A stretch of 64,000 bases of DNA from positions 124,001 through 188,000 of the IMG/VR virus record IMGVR_UViG_3300042455_001086; one strand, given 5' to 3'. Both the position numbers and the translations under genes were made by a program. Every line of letters begins with the position of its first letter. The stretch's first letter is position 1. Shown piece by piece: positions 28,036 through 36,443 of the stretch. Under the pieces are notes generated by a model. The model was not told where the DNA came from, searched no databases, and saw only the letters and a list, made by a program, of their open reading frames with translations.

Positions 28036-28330
28036 ATTTTGTTAAAATTTGAGACCAGAACGATTTTTTTTCAATAATAGGTTCATCTTCTATTTTTTCT
28101 TCAATAGTCCCTTCAAGAATAAAAATTACCTCAACACCCGATATATCAATTTTAAACCTACTTCCATCAGTTTTTAATTGTTTAAAATAATTTTTAACCC
28201 TATAAAAATCGTGTGGTCTTAATTCAAAAACAATAGCACCAACACCATCTGGAAAAATGTTTTGCATTCCATCGGTAATTAGTGCTAATTTTTCTAAATC
28301 CCCAACAATACTTTCTTCATTCTTTGCCAT
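28013..28330 (-). CDS. hypothetical protein
   Basis: 105-aa ORF. Confidence 0.7.
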   Translation of the reverse strand: MAKNEESIVGDLEKLALITDGMQNIFPDGVGAIVFELRPHDFYRVKNYFKQLKTDGSRFKIDISGVEVIFILEGTIEEKIEDEPIIEKKSFWSQILTKFNRKSKS

Positions 28331-28497
28331 AAGGACATTTTTTCTTTTTCAGTTGGGATTATCTCTTCTTTTTTTAGGTTTTTAATTTGTGATATGAACT
28401 CCATCTTTTCCCTATGAAGTTCTTTTTCATCAGCTTCAATCTCATTCTTCAACCATTGGAGATTCTTCTCCTTGTCTGTCATTATCTTGCTCATCAT
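28294..28497 (-). CDS. hypothetical protein
   Basis: short ORF overlapping neighbours. Confidence 0.55.
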   Translation of the reverse strand: MMSKIMTDKEKNLQWLKNEIEADEKELHREKMEFISQIKNLKKEEIIPTEKEKMSLWQRMKKVLLGI

Positions 28498-28879
28498 CTA
28501 TCAATTTAAATTTATCTTCAAGATCAAACTTCAAATCTTTGAGTGTTGTTAAATTTTGTTTTTCAAATATATTTTTAAGTTCTTTGACTTTCAAATTGAA
28601 TAACCTTTCTTTTTCTTCAAGTTCCTTATTGTATTTAATAACATTTTTGATGTTTGTGGCAATCGTATTGATTTTTTCCTCTTCAAATTCTGAAACAAAA
28701 GAGATTAACCTTTTATTTGGATCTTGTGATTCATTTTCAACAACACTATTTTCTGGAACAAACTTTTTTGGTAATTTCCATTCTTTTGGAAAATTCATAT
28801 CAAAACTCAAATAATTTTTTAATTTTCTGATTGACTGGATATAAGGATAAAAATCACTAAATTCTTTGTAAATACTCAT
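28442..28879 (-). CDS. hypothetical protein
   Basis: 145-aa ORF. Confidence 0.75.
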   Translation of the reverse strand: MSIYKEFSDFYPYIQSIRKLKNYLSFDMNFPKEWKLPKKFVPENSVVENESQDPNKRLISFVSEFEEEKINTIATNIKNVIKYNKELEEKERLFNLKVKELKNIFEKQNLTTLKDLKFDLEDKFKLIDDEQDNDRQGEESPMVEE

Positions 28880-28880
28880 C

Positions 28881-29069
28881 TTATTTTTGTATAATGTAGG
28901 TTATTATATATGAAATCAAAATCCCATAAAAAAACAATTCATTCTTTTGTAAATTTAACTTTTGTGGAGTGTTTTGTAATAATAAAATTATTGTTTTAAA
29001 ACAAAGTCGTATTACTCCAATCAAAGAAAATATAAATAGAAAAAGAAATATTGTATTTATATTAGTCAT
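28881..29069 (-). CDS. small membrane protein
   Basis: two TM segments. Confidence 0.65.
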   Translation of the reverse strand: MTNINTIFLFLFIFSLIGVIRLCFKTIILLLQNTPQKLNLQKNELFFYGILISYIITYIIQK

Positions 29070-29238
29070 TTTTTTTAGCTTCTAATATTTCAGCTCTAAA
29101 TGTTTTTAACAATTCTCGTAATTCTTGTGCTGAGGTTCTTGCTCTTGTTCCGGCAGATTTGTTTCCTTTTTCAAAAAACTTTGTTGATTCTGCTGATATT
29201 GTCTCAACCAATGTTTTAATTTTTTCTAAAGTTTCCAT
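29062..29238 (-). CDS. histone H1-like (Hc1 family) DNA-binding protein (not in ORF track)
   Basis: 58 aa with EKGNKSAGTRAR signature. Confidence 0.8.
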   Translation of the reverse strand: METLEKIKTLVETISAESTKFFEKGNKSAGTRARTSAQELRELLKTFRAEILEAKKND

Positions 29239-29289
29239 TTTTAAATTTTTATTTGTTTATTAAACTATAAGATATGGTATGATTCGCCT

Positions 29290-29766
29290 TTAGTAAATAT
29301 TAACGGTCATATTTTTATCAAGGTTCTTATATATCGTCAATATAAGGTCTAAATCAGATTGTGTAAATGATTGTTCTAAATCAAAAACATCTCTAAAAAA
29401 CTTATCTATTGATTCTCTTATTTTTTTTTCTTTTTGTTTGTAAAATATTTCATCAAAAAATGTTATGAAATAATCATAATGATCACCATCCGGTTCAAAA
29501 CTTATGTTTTCTTTTTTGAAATCTTCCAATAATTGGTCCCAACACCAGTTGAAATGATTTATATTATCTTCTTCTGACATTATTGTATTGGTTTCGTCTT
29601 TACCTTCAAAACCAAGGTATGTTGATGTTACTTTAAGGTATAATGAATTACAAAAGTCATAGTATAACTCCATTTTTTCTGGATAGATATTATTCATTTT
29701 CATCCAAATATCAACATCCTCTTTTTCTACTTGTTTTGTAATATAGTTAAAAAAATTATTCTCCAT
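29290..29766 (-). CDS. hypothetical protein
   Basis: 158-aa ORF. Confidence 0.75.
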   Translation of the reverse strand: MENNFFNYITKQVEKEDVDIWMKMNNIYPEKMELYYDFCNSLYLKVTSTYLGFEGKDETNTIMSEEDNINHFNWCWDQLLEDFKKENISFEPDGDHYDYFITFFDEIFYKQKEKKIRESIDKFFRDVFDLEQSFTQSDLDLILTIYKNLDKNMTVNIY

Positions 29767-29817
29767 AAACTATTAATTGTCTATGGAGAATAATATCATA
29801 GTTAAATTATAAGTAAA

Positions 29818-31146
29818 TTATTGTGTCGCTCTATCGTAGTTAATAAGTTTTTGGATTTTTGAAAACTCTTCTAAAACAAGATTTCTTCTTTTATCTAAAT
29901 CTGATTCTAGTTTAATATTAACACCAGATCCGGAGTTTTCGCCAGTACCATCCGTTATAGGTTGTTTTGATTTTCTATATGCGGCCATCTTAGCTTTACG
30001 ATATTTCTGATCTTTCATTTTCTTACTCAATTTTTTACCAAGATCAGTTTCTTCGGCATTTGCCCACTCCGGGTTATTTCCGGTTCTTGATGAACCTTCA
30101 ATATTATCTTTTACCCATTTTTCGTCATATTCAATTTCATCCGGAACCAAATTTTCCATTCCTGGTCTCATATAGTCATCCAAGAATTCTTTACCATCAT
30201 CAGACATTGTATATTTTTTTGTTTTCATTTTTTCCAACTGTCCGTTTCCTTTTGGGAAATGTTTTGGGTTTTCCTCATAATCACCTTTAGAACCGTCTTT
30301 TAAATAATCACCCATTTTCTTTTTAACTGATTTTAAGTAATCATCGTTTTCTTTTTTGGATTTTTTCACAGCTCTTTCATACTCACCAAGACCTTTTGGT
30401 GTTTTTCCTTTACTAATATTGTTTTGTTCTTTTAAAACAGCTTTTTCAATAATATCTAAAAGTTTTTCCTCACTTACAATAAATCCTTTTCCTCCCACTT
30501 CTAATTGGTATTTAACCTCTGAAGATTCGTTATTTTTTTGTTCTTTTTCAACGATACTAATAATTAACTGATCCAATTCAGACTCAGACAAAATAGTTTC
30601 TTCACCATCAATCTCCAAATTATACAATACAGATTCTTTTACTGGGAATTTTTTACCATCCAAATCAAAACTTTTCTTACCTTCTTTTTTTGCCATTTTC
30701 GCAGCATAAGTGAATTCACTACTTTCTTCCATTTCTTCGTCTAATTCCAACTCGTAAATAGCCTCATCACCTTCTTTTCTTAATTTATCAAAATCGGCTT
30801 TTGTTAATTTACCAAATGGTTTTGCTTTATCTAATTTCTTTTGACCACCATATAGTTTTTCAAGAACTTCACCTTCTTTCATTCCACATTCTGAACATTC
30901 GCCTTCTTTCATTTCACTACCACATTGTTCACAAGTTTCACCTTCACTCATTTCCTTACTACATTGCTCACAAGTTTCACCTTCTTTCATTTCACCACCA
31001 CATTGCTCACAAGTTTCACCTTCCTCAACATAATCAAATGATTCACCTGGTTTATTGAATTTCAATTTTTCCATAATATCATTTGTTTTATCTTCAAGAG
31101 TCTCGTTTAATATTTTGTTAGTTATTTTTGCAATTAAATTTTTCAT
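29818..31146 (-). CDS. putative prohead core/internal protein with CxxC repeats
   Basis: four EGETCEQC-type repeats; E/K-rich; internal LSESEL...KEQ motifs. Confidence 0.6.
   Translation of the reverse strand: MKNLIAKITNKILNETLEDKTNDIMEKLKFNKPGESFDYVEEGETCEQCGGEMKEGETCEQCSKEMSEGETCEQCGSEMKEGECSECGMKEGEVLEKLYGGQKKLDKAKPFGKLTKADFDKLRKEGDEAIYELELDEEMEESSEFTYAAKMAKKEGKKSFDLDGKKFPVKESVLYNLEIDGEETILSESELDQLIISIVEKEQKNNESSEVKYQLEVGGKGFIVSEEKLLDIIEKAVLKEQNNISKGKTPKGLGEYERAVKKSKKENDDYLKSVKKKMGDYLKDGSKGDYEENPKHFPKGNGQLEKMKTKKYTMSDDGKEFLDDYMRPGMENLVPDEIEYDEKWVKDNIEGSSRTGNNPEWANAEETDLGKKLSKKMKDQKYRKAKMAAYRKSKQPITDGTGENSGSGVNIKLESDLDKRRNLVLEEFSKIQKLINYDRATQ
30885..31025. repeat. 39-bp tandem repeat encoding EGETCEQCxxEMK
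   Basis: three near-identical units plus a degenerate fourth. Confidence 0.75.
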
Positions 31147-31168
31147 CTTTACTTTTTTATTATAAATA

Positions 31169-31849
31169 TCATTTATTCTTTCTTTTTACAATTTCTTTGT
31201 AAATTATTTCTTTTATGAAATCTTCGTGAATATCCATTTTTTCTGAAAGATTGTTTATTACTTTTTTAATAGTATCGTTTTCAAATATTTTAAGGGCTTT
31301 AATATCACCTTGATTACAATAAGGAAATTTCTTACATTTTTTTTTAACCTGGACGAATTTACCACCCGGAATTTGTGTTTTAGATTTTCCTCTCCAATCT
31401 TTCTTACTAGTTGATTTAGCCCAAGCGGCCGGAGTTTCATAAGAACCAGACGATGATGATGAGGTTGCTTCCTTTGCTTCAACTTTCTTTGGTTCTTCAC
31501 CAGAAAATAGAGGTGCAGAATATGCACCAGCTGAAGATGCACCAGTCGATTCTTTATTTTCTTTTCTTCTATTTATTTTTTCCAGAATTGAAGTTAAAAA
31601 TTCTCTTAGTTCTTCTGGGTTTTTAAGAAATTCTTTAATTTTTTGTTTTATTCTAGTTCCTGATAATTTTTTATTTTTAACCAATTTTAAAATATCTCCC
31701 ATATTTTTTGGGTCATTAAGATATTCTTCCGGATTTTTATGTGTATCCTCCTCACTTAAACTTTTAAGTGCTTTTGTTCTAGCTTCTTGATTTCCAGCTG
31801 TTAAACTAGAAACCATTTGTTGTAATTTTGGTTTTATTGGGTCTTCCAT
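31169..31849 (-). CDS. putative virion protein
   Basis: duplicated E(S/A)T..SS.G.Y..P motif. Confidence 0.65.
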   Translation of the reverse strand: MEDPIKPKLQQMVSSLTAGNQEARTKALKSLSEEDTHKNPEEYLNDPKNMGDILKLVKNKKLSGTRIKQKIKEFLKNPEELREFLTSILEKINRRKENKESTGASSAGAYSAPLFSGEEPKKVEAKEATSSSSSGSYETPAAWAKSTSKKDWRGKSKTQIPGGKFVQVKKKCKKFPYCNQGDIKALKIFENDTIKKVINNLSEKMDIHEDFIKEIIYKEIVKRKNK

Positions 31850-31850
31850 T

Positions 31851-32258
31851 TTATTTAAAAACTAAAGCGTATGTTAATCCAACTATAATTGAGCCACCAA
31901 CTATATCTATAATTATATGTTTTGTCTTAATTTTTTTTATTTCACTTCTTAAACTTTTATTTTCCTTATCTAATAATTTAAATTTTGATTCGGTTAGTGA
32001 TATTATTTGATTATTTTTTTTGTCCTTTTCTTCTAGGATTGAAATTATATCGTTGTTTTTGGTTATTTTCGTCTCCAATTGAAAAATTTCATTAATATAA
32101 GTTTCCTCTTGTTTCTTTAGTCGATCAAACTCATTTAAATCAAGTAAAATAGACTTACCAACTCTAGCTGGTATATTCAAGGTTGTTGAATCAACATTTT
32201 TTTGTGAAAACAAAAATGTTGTAAGACAAATAAAAATAATGTTTAAAATATATTTCAT
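31851..32258 (-). CDS. coiled-coil membrane protein (spanin-like)
   Basis: signal peptide, coiled coil, C-terminal TM; near amidase. Confidence 0.5.
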   Translation of the reverse strand: MKYILNIIFICLTTFLFSQKNVDSTTLNIPARVGKSILLDLNEFDRLKKQEETYINEIFQLETKITKNNDIISILEEKDKKNNQIISLTESKFKLLDKENKSLRSEIKKIKTKHIIIDIVGGSIIVGLTYALVFK

Positions 32259-32259
32259 A

Positions 32260-32613
32260 TTAATAGTTATATCTTTTTTTAAGTGCCGAATCAATTTGTC
32301 TGGCATCATAGGTCAAAATCAATTCTTTTTCAACCTGGAAATAATTGTTTATTGTTTTTCTTTCATTTTTAATTTTGAAAATAGCAGAATCAATTTTTAA
32401 AATATCTTTCTTGTAGTTTAAGATTGAACTATCCAATTTTTTTTGTTGGCTTTTTAAATCGTTAATTTTTAAATCCAGTTGTTCTAATTTATATTTTAAC
32501 AATTCAGATCTATCTTCCACTGGTGTAAAAGCTCTAATTACAAGAACAATCAATAGGATAATTCCAATTGACTGAATAATAAATTTGAAATTATGTTTAA
32601 AAAAATCTTTCAT
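32260..32613 (-). CDS. TM-anchored coiled-coil protein (spanin-like)
   Basis: N-terminal TM then coiled coil. Confidence 0.5.
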   Translation of the reverse strand: MKDFFKHNFKFIIQSIGIILLIVLVIRAFTPVEDRSELLKYKLEQLDLKINDLKSQQKKLDSSILNYKKDILKIDSAIFKIKNERKTINNYFQVEKELILTYDARQIDSALKKRYNY

Positions 32614-33212
32614 TCGGTTGGGGTTTTCTTTCGGCTTGCGATTATTTTGGACCATTTTGTTTTAAATTTCTCATAATATTTTTTCAAATCAACAAGAAAA
32701 GCAAGGTATTCCTCATCAATTTTTGTCATTGTTCCATTTATATAGACACCATTTTTTTCACCAATAGTATAGAAAAATTCAACATCAAGTTCGGTTATTT
32801 TTCCAGACCATTCAACATTGTTTTCATATAAATTAAGTTTATTAAAATCAACAAGTTCAGAAACTTCAACAACAAATTCATCCATAGTTTCTTGGAAAGC
32901 TCTTTTATCTTCAGTTGTTAATTGTAAATCTTTACTTTCCTTGCTATGTATTACCATAATACCTCCAGAAATTCTATAAGCTTTCTTTTTTTCTGACTTA
33001 TTTGATTTTTCTTCATCTTCCTCATTATCAGTTTCGGCTGTCTCATACTCTTTTGTTACCCCTTCAATTTCTTTTTCAACATCTTCTTGTTCTGTAAGTA
33101 ATTTATAATTGTTAATAATTTGTTTTGACTCACTTTCAGAAATTTGGGTTTTAAGAGCTTTTCTTGTTGCCTCCAATAATGTTTTAATTTCTTCGTATCT
33201 ACTCATCTTCAA
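32610..33212 (-). CDS. putative virion protein
   Basis: ISESESKQII...LLTEQ motif. Confidence 0.65.
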   Translation of the reverse strand: MKMSRYEEIKTLLEATRKALKTQISESESKQIINNYKLLTEQEDVEKEIEGVTKEYETAETDNEEDEEKSNKSEKKKAYRISGGIMVIHSKESKDLQLTTEDKRAFQETMDEFVVEVSELVDFNKLNLYENNVEWSGKITELDVEFFYTIGEKNGVYINGTMTKIDEEYLAFLVDLKKYYEKFKTKWSKIIASRKKTPTE

Positions 33213-33795
33213 TTTTTTTTAAAAAATATTCAAAATTAAATGATGGGTTTAAATCTGTGGAATCTGAAAAGAAATTACTTCTAGTCAAAATACCATTTGT
33301 TTTTTCCGCACCATTTATTTTGGTGTTATGTCCAACAAATTTTTTCTCAATATTAAATTCTGTAATTAATTTTTTACATAAAAATATTGTAGAATTTATT
33401 TGTTCTTCTGTGTAAGTATCCCAAAAAATAAAATCTCTCCATTTTTTTTCGTATGGCTTACCTTTATAAATACTTCCAATCCAGTTAATGTATCCATTTT
33501 TTAATGGTTCTTTTTGCAACCATCCTAAATTTTCTAAACAAATCGTGATTGCGTTTTTATCTATTAACTTACTATTAAATATTTTAGATGTTTCTTCTTG
33601 GTTCAATAACTCCAAAATCTTACCTTCTTTATCTATAAAAAAATTTGGGATTTTATCGTATTTTCTATTTCCACGATATTTTAAGGCTGTAAGATATTCT
33701 TCGGCCAAACGAGAAGAATGTAGGAGTATTATTTGTTTTTTATTTTTATTTATACCTTGACCTAAAAAATTTCCGTATTTTATTATTTTAGTCAT
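33199..33795 (-). CDS. N-acetylmuramoyl-L-alanine amidase-like (Amidase_2 fold)
   Basis: IILLHSS, FFIDKEGKI, ITICLEN, YTEEQI, TDLNP; later Zn ligands look divergent. Confidence 0.7.
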   Translation of the reverse strand: MTKIIKYGNFLGQGINKNKKQIILLHSSRLAEEYLTALKYRGNRKYDKIPNFFIDKEGKILELLNQEETSKIFNSKLIDKNAITICLENLGWLQKEPLKNGYINWIGSIYKGKPYEKKWRDFIFWDTYTEEQINSTIFLCKKLITEFNIEKKFVGHNTKINGAEKTNGILTRSNFFSDSTDLNPSFNFEYFLKKIEDE

Positions 33796-34858
33796 TAGAT
33801 TTTTTATAAACCAATCTTTTTATGTTTTGATTAACTTCTTCACCCTTTTCTTCGTTTGTTGGGATCCAGGATTTTTGTTCTGTTATATTCAATGGTTCTC
33901 TTTTGATTTCAATTGTTGGCATATCAACTACTTGGTCGGTACTTGGTCGGTACTTGGTCGGTACTTGGTCACTTTCTTGGTCACTTTCTTGGTTACCCTC
34001 ATCTACTTGGGGGGTAGTTGGGGGGTGGTTGGGGGTTGGTTGAATATTATCATCGTCCTTTTTATTCCCCTTAAACGCTTGGTTTGTTGCAATAACCAAT
34101 GTTATTGCCAATGGATCAAAAACAAAAATAAGAATCAAAATAAAAAGATTTGCCGTTCTTTTAATGTCCCAATTCAAAACCTCACTTAAATACTTTATGG
34201 TTCCCAATTCACTTCCTTCAATTTCCTGAGATTCCATATTTAATATCTCAACATCTAGATTTGTTATACTGTCATTTAAATTATCAATCTTTTTTGAAAT
34301 TGTATCTCTTCTTATTTGTGCATCTTTTAATTGATTTTCAAATGTCTTTCTATTGGCATTATTTGCTTTTGTTATGATTTGACCGGTCTTTCTATCAACT
34401 GATTGTGTGGTCGTATTATTTGATAAACCATCTCTTAATTTTGTAATATCACGATCCAAAGTTTCTTTTTCCTTGGTTAATTCATCTTTAATTTCTTCAA
34501 ATCTGGTTTTTTTAAGTTCAACATTTTTTACTTTTTTTCCACTGATTTCAAGTTTTGCAATATTCTGTTGGAAACCGGTACTTAATAAACCATAAATCCC
34601 AAGTGATGTAATGATTGAAAGTGTTACGAGGGCTGTTGTCATATATATTTTTAAAACACCATATACTTCGTCCCACTTATCGTGAAGATAAGTTGCAATT
34701 GCGAGTTTTGAGATTTCAAGAAAACTACCCATTATAATAACAGGAATTGCAACACCTGTAAAAACCACAGATAATCCAATAACACTATAGTAGGCCGCAG
34801 TTCCGGAAAGACCTAGCGCACAAAATAATAAAAACCAAGGTAATAATTTATCTTTCAT
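33788..34858 (-). CDS. multi-pass membrane protein with coiled coil
   Basis: three N-terminal TMs, coiled coil, IFVFDPLAI TM. Confidence 0.75.
   Translation of the reverse strand: MKDKLLPWFLLFCALGLSGTAAYYSVIGLSVVFTGVAIPVIIMGSFLEISKLAIATYLHDKWDEVYGVLKIYMTTALVTLSIITSLGIYGLLSTGFQQNIAKLEISGKKVKNVELKKTRFEEIKDELTKEKETLDRDITKLRDGLSNNTTTQSVDRKTGQIITKANNANRKTFENQLKDAQIRRDTISKKIDNLNDSITNLDVEILNMESQEIEGSELGTIKYLSEVLNWDIKRTANLFILILIFVFDPLAITLVIATNQAFKGNKKDDDNIQPTPNHPPTTPQVDEGNQESDQESDQVPTKYRPSTDQVVDMPTIEIKREPLNITEQKSWIPTNEEKGEEVNQNIKRLVYKKSND
33930..34042. repeat. 11-nt and 12-nt tandem repeats, including a G-tract array
   Basis: (ACTTGGTCGGT)x3, (CTTGGTCACTTT)x2, (TGGGGGKTRGT)x3. Confidence 0.8.
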
Positions 34859-35339
34859 AATGAACAATTATATTCCCTTTGACAAATTTTGTAAATGACT
34901 TTAGATTTACAAATTCCTCAACAACTAAATCACCATCACTTTTTATGATAATTAATTTATTTTCTGGTTTATATGATAAAGTTTTTGGGTATATTATTGA
35001 AGTTACAATATTGAGGGAGTATGTTCCGTTTCTATTTAGATGTGGTACAACAATAAAATCAAAAAGATTTAAATAATCCTTAACTAATATACTTGTTTTA
35101 TTACCACCTTCTAATATTGTTTTAGCAAGCTCAGAAAAAACATCCGAGAATTCAAAAATAACATCACCAATAGTATTAACATCTACTCTACCAAATCTTG
35201 TATTAGGTGCTGTGGTTTCTTGAGAATGTATTGTTGCCACAACCTTAAATGTGTCACCATCTTCATCAGTGAAATCTCCCAAATTTATTCTTGCTCCTTG
35301 TTCAAGTATTATGTTTTTTAAAACACTTAATAGTTCCAT
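34848..35339 (-). CDS. putative head-packaged protein
   Basis: MELLSVLKNIILEQ N-terminus; TATTTAT upstream. Confidence 0.7.
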   Translation of the reverse strand: MELLSVLKNIILEQGARINLGDFTDEDGDTFKVVATIHSQETTAPNTRFGRVDVNTIGDVIFEFSDVFSELAKTILEGGNKTSILVKDYLNLFDFIVVPHLNRNGTYSLNIVTSIIYPKTLSYKPENKLIIIKSDGDLVVEEFVNLKSFTKFVKGNIIVHYER

Positions 35340-35352
35340 ATGTTATAAATAT

Positions 35353-35505
35353 AAAACCCCCCGTAAAAACGGAGGGTTCAATGGATATTTAACCAATTAA
35401 GGTAGGTTTATCCAACCCGAATCTTTGCTATCACTTGATTCTCAGTGGTCAGCTTTACACTAGGAGGGCTGACATTCCTTGTTTCTGTGTTTGTGAACTA
35501 CATCA
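35353..35505 (-). ncRNA. candidate sRNA A
   Basis: promoter TTTG-N20-TATCTTTG (35512-35543), terminator 35353-35378, GC-rich, hairpins, no meaningful ORF. Confidence 0.6.
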
Positions 35506-35569
35506 ACAATACAAAGATATGTTCTTTTTTTTAATCTACCAAATAATTTTTGTGGTATTTATTATAAAT

Positions 35570-36190
35570 ATGAAAAGTTTAATTAGGAGAATTTTAAAAG
35601 AGGAAGTTGAGACTTTCAGTATTAAAGAGATTGATTTACCAGATTTTCTTTTTGAAAATTTATTAACTGAAGGAAGGTCATCAATGCCTGTTGATAAAGA
35701 GCTTGTTGAAGAATTAAATAAATATGTTAAAGAAAGATACAACTGGCCACCAAATATAAAAAATGAATGGTGTAGCGATATAAAAGAAAAAGAATTACCA
35801 AATGAAAAAATTGTAAAATATTCTTGTTCTAAAAAATTTGAGATTAAAGTTTCTGATCATTGGGCGCAAAGACTTTTTAGGCCAGAAGAACCAGAGCATC
35901 AACCTGGTGGTAGATTATCACATTTAAATATATTATACCCTAGAAAACACGAAGGGTTGAATCTTTTTTTTGATTATAAAGATTCAATTAATGAATATTT
36001 TACAAATGCAACAAGTTGGGCACCTCCACAAACAAAAAGATTTTTACTTACTTTAGGTAATTATCAAGAAATTGTTGCGGTAAGAAAAGAAGGTAAAGGT
36101 CAGTATTACGCAGAATTTATAACACAAATAAAAGGAGAAAGATTTTTTGATACGGAAGATCTAAAAAAAACAATACGTTTATATCTATAA
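35570..36190 (+). CDS. putative head-packaged protein
   Basis: start trimmed to MKSLIRRILKEE after TATTTAT (35556-35562). Confidence 0.75.
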   Translation: MKSLIRRILKEEVETFSIKEIDLPDFLFENLLTEGRSSMPVDKELVEELNKYVKERYNWPPNIKNEWCSDIKEKELPNEKIVKYSCSKKFEIKVSDHWAQRLFRPEEPEHQPGGRLSHLNILYPRKHEGLNLFFDYKDSINEYFTNATSWAPPQTKRFLLTLGNYQEIVAVRKEGKGQYYAEFITQIKGERFFDTEDLKKTIRLYL

Positions 36191-36191
36191 G

Positions 36192-36221
36192 AAAAAAAGG
36201 ACGGTTTATCCGTCCTTTTTT
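36192..36221. terminator. bidirectional terminator
   Basis: A7-GGACGG..CCGTCC-T6. Confidence 0.85.
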
Positions 36222-36400
36222 AATCTTATCTCGTAAGATTTTAACGCCCATCGAGCTGTATATGGGATAGCTGATGATTACCACATTTCTGTGTATTTTG
36301 GGGACCTCCCATCTTTTTCAATCACCCCCCCTAACCCGTAAGTTAAGAGATAAACTCCTTTTCTATACTTGGGAGCCCAAAAACAAGTTGTTATTAATTT
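36192..36400 (-). ncRNA. candidate sRNA B
   Basis: promoter TTTG-N19-TATCTTTG (36408-36438), terminator, rod-like 5' domain, 3' motif shared with sRNA A. Confidence 0.6.
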
Positions 36401-36443
36401 AATAATACAAAGATAAAAAGTTTTTTCTAATTACCAAACTTTC

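Noticed and set aside
35440-35490. Hammerhead or HDV-like ribozyme in sRNA A
   Set aside because: GAAAC..GTC is present but the core reads CTGACCA rather than CTGANGA, and I could not build the nested HDV pseudoknot.
35435-35569. N-terminal extension of the plus-strand ORF
   Set aside because: It overlaps the sRNA A promoter region; ATG 35570 gives the family leader.
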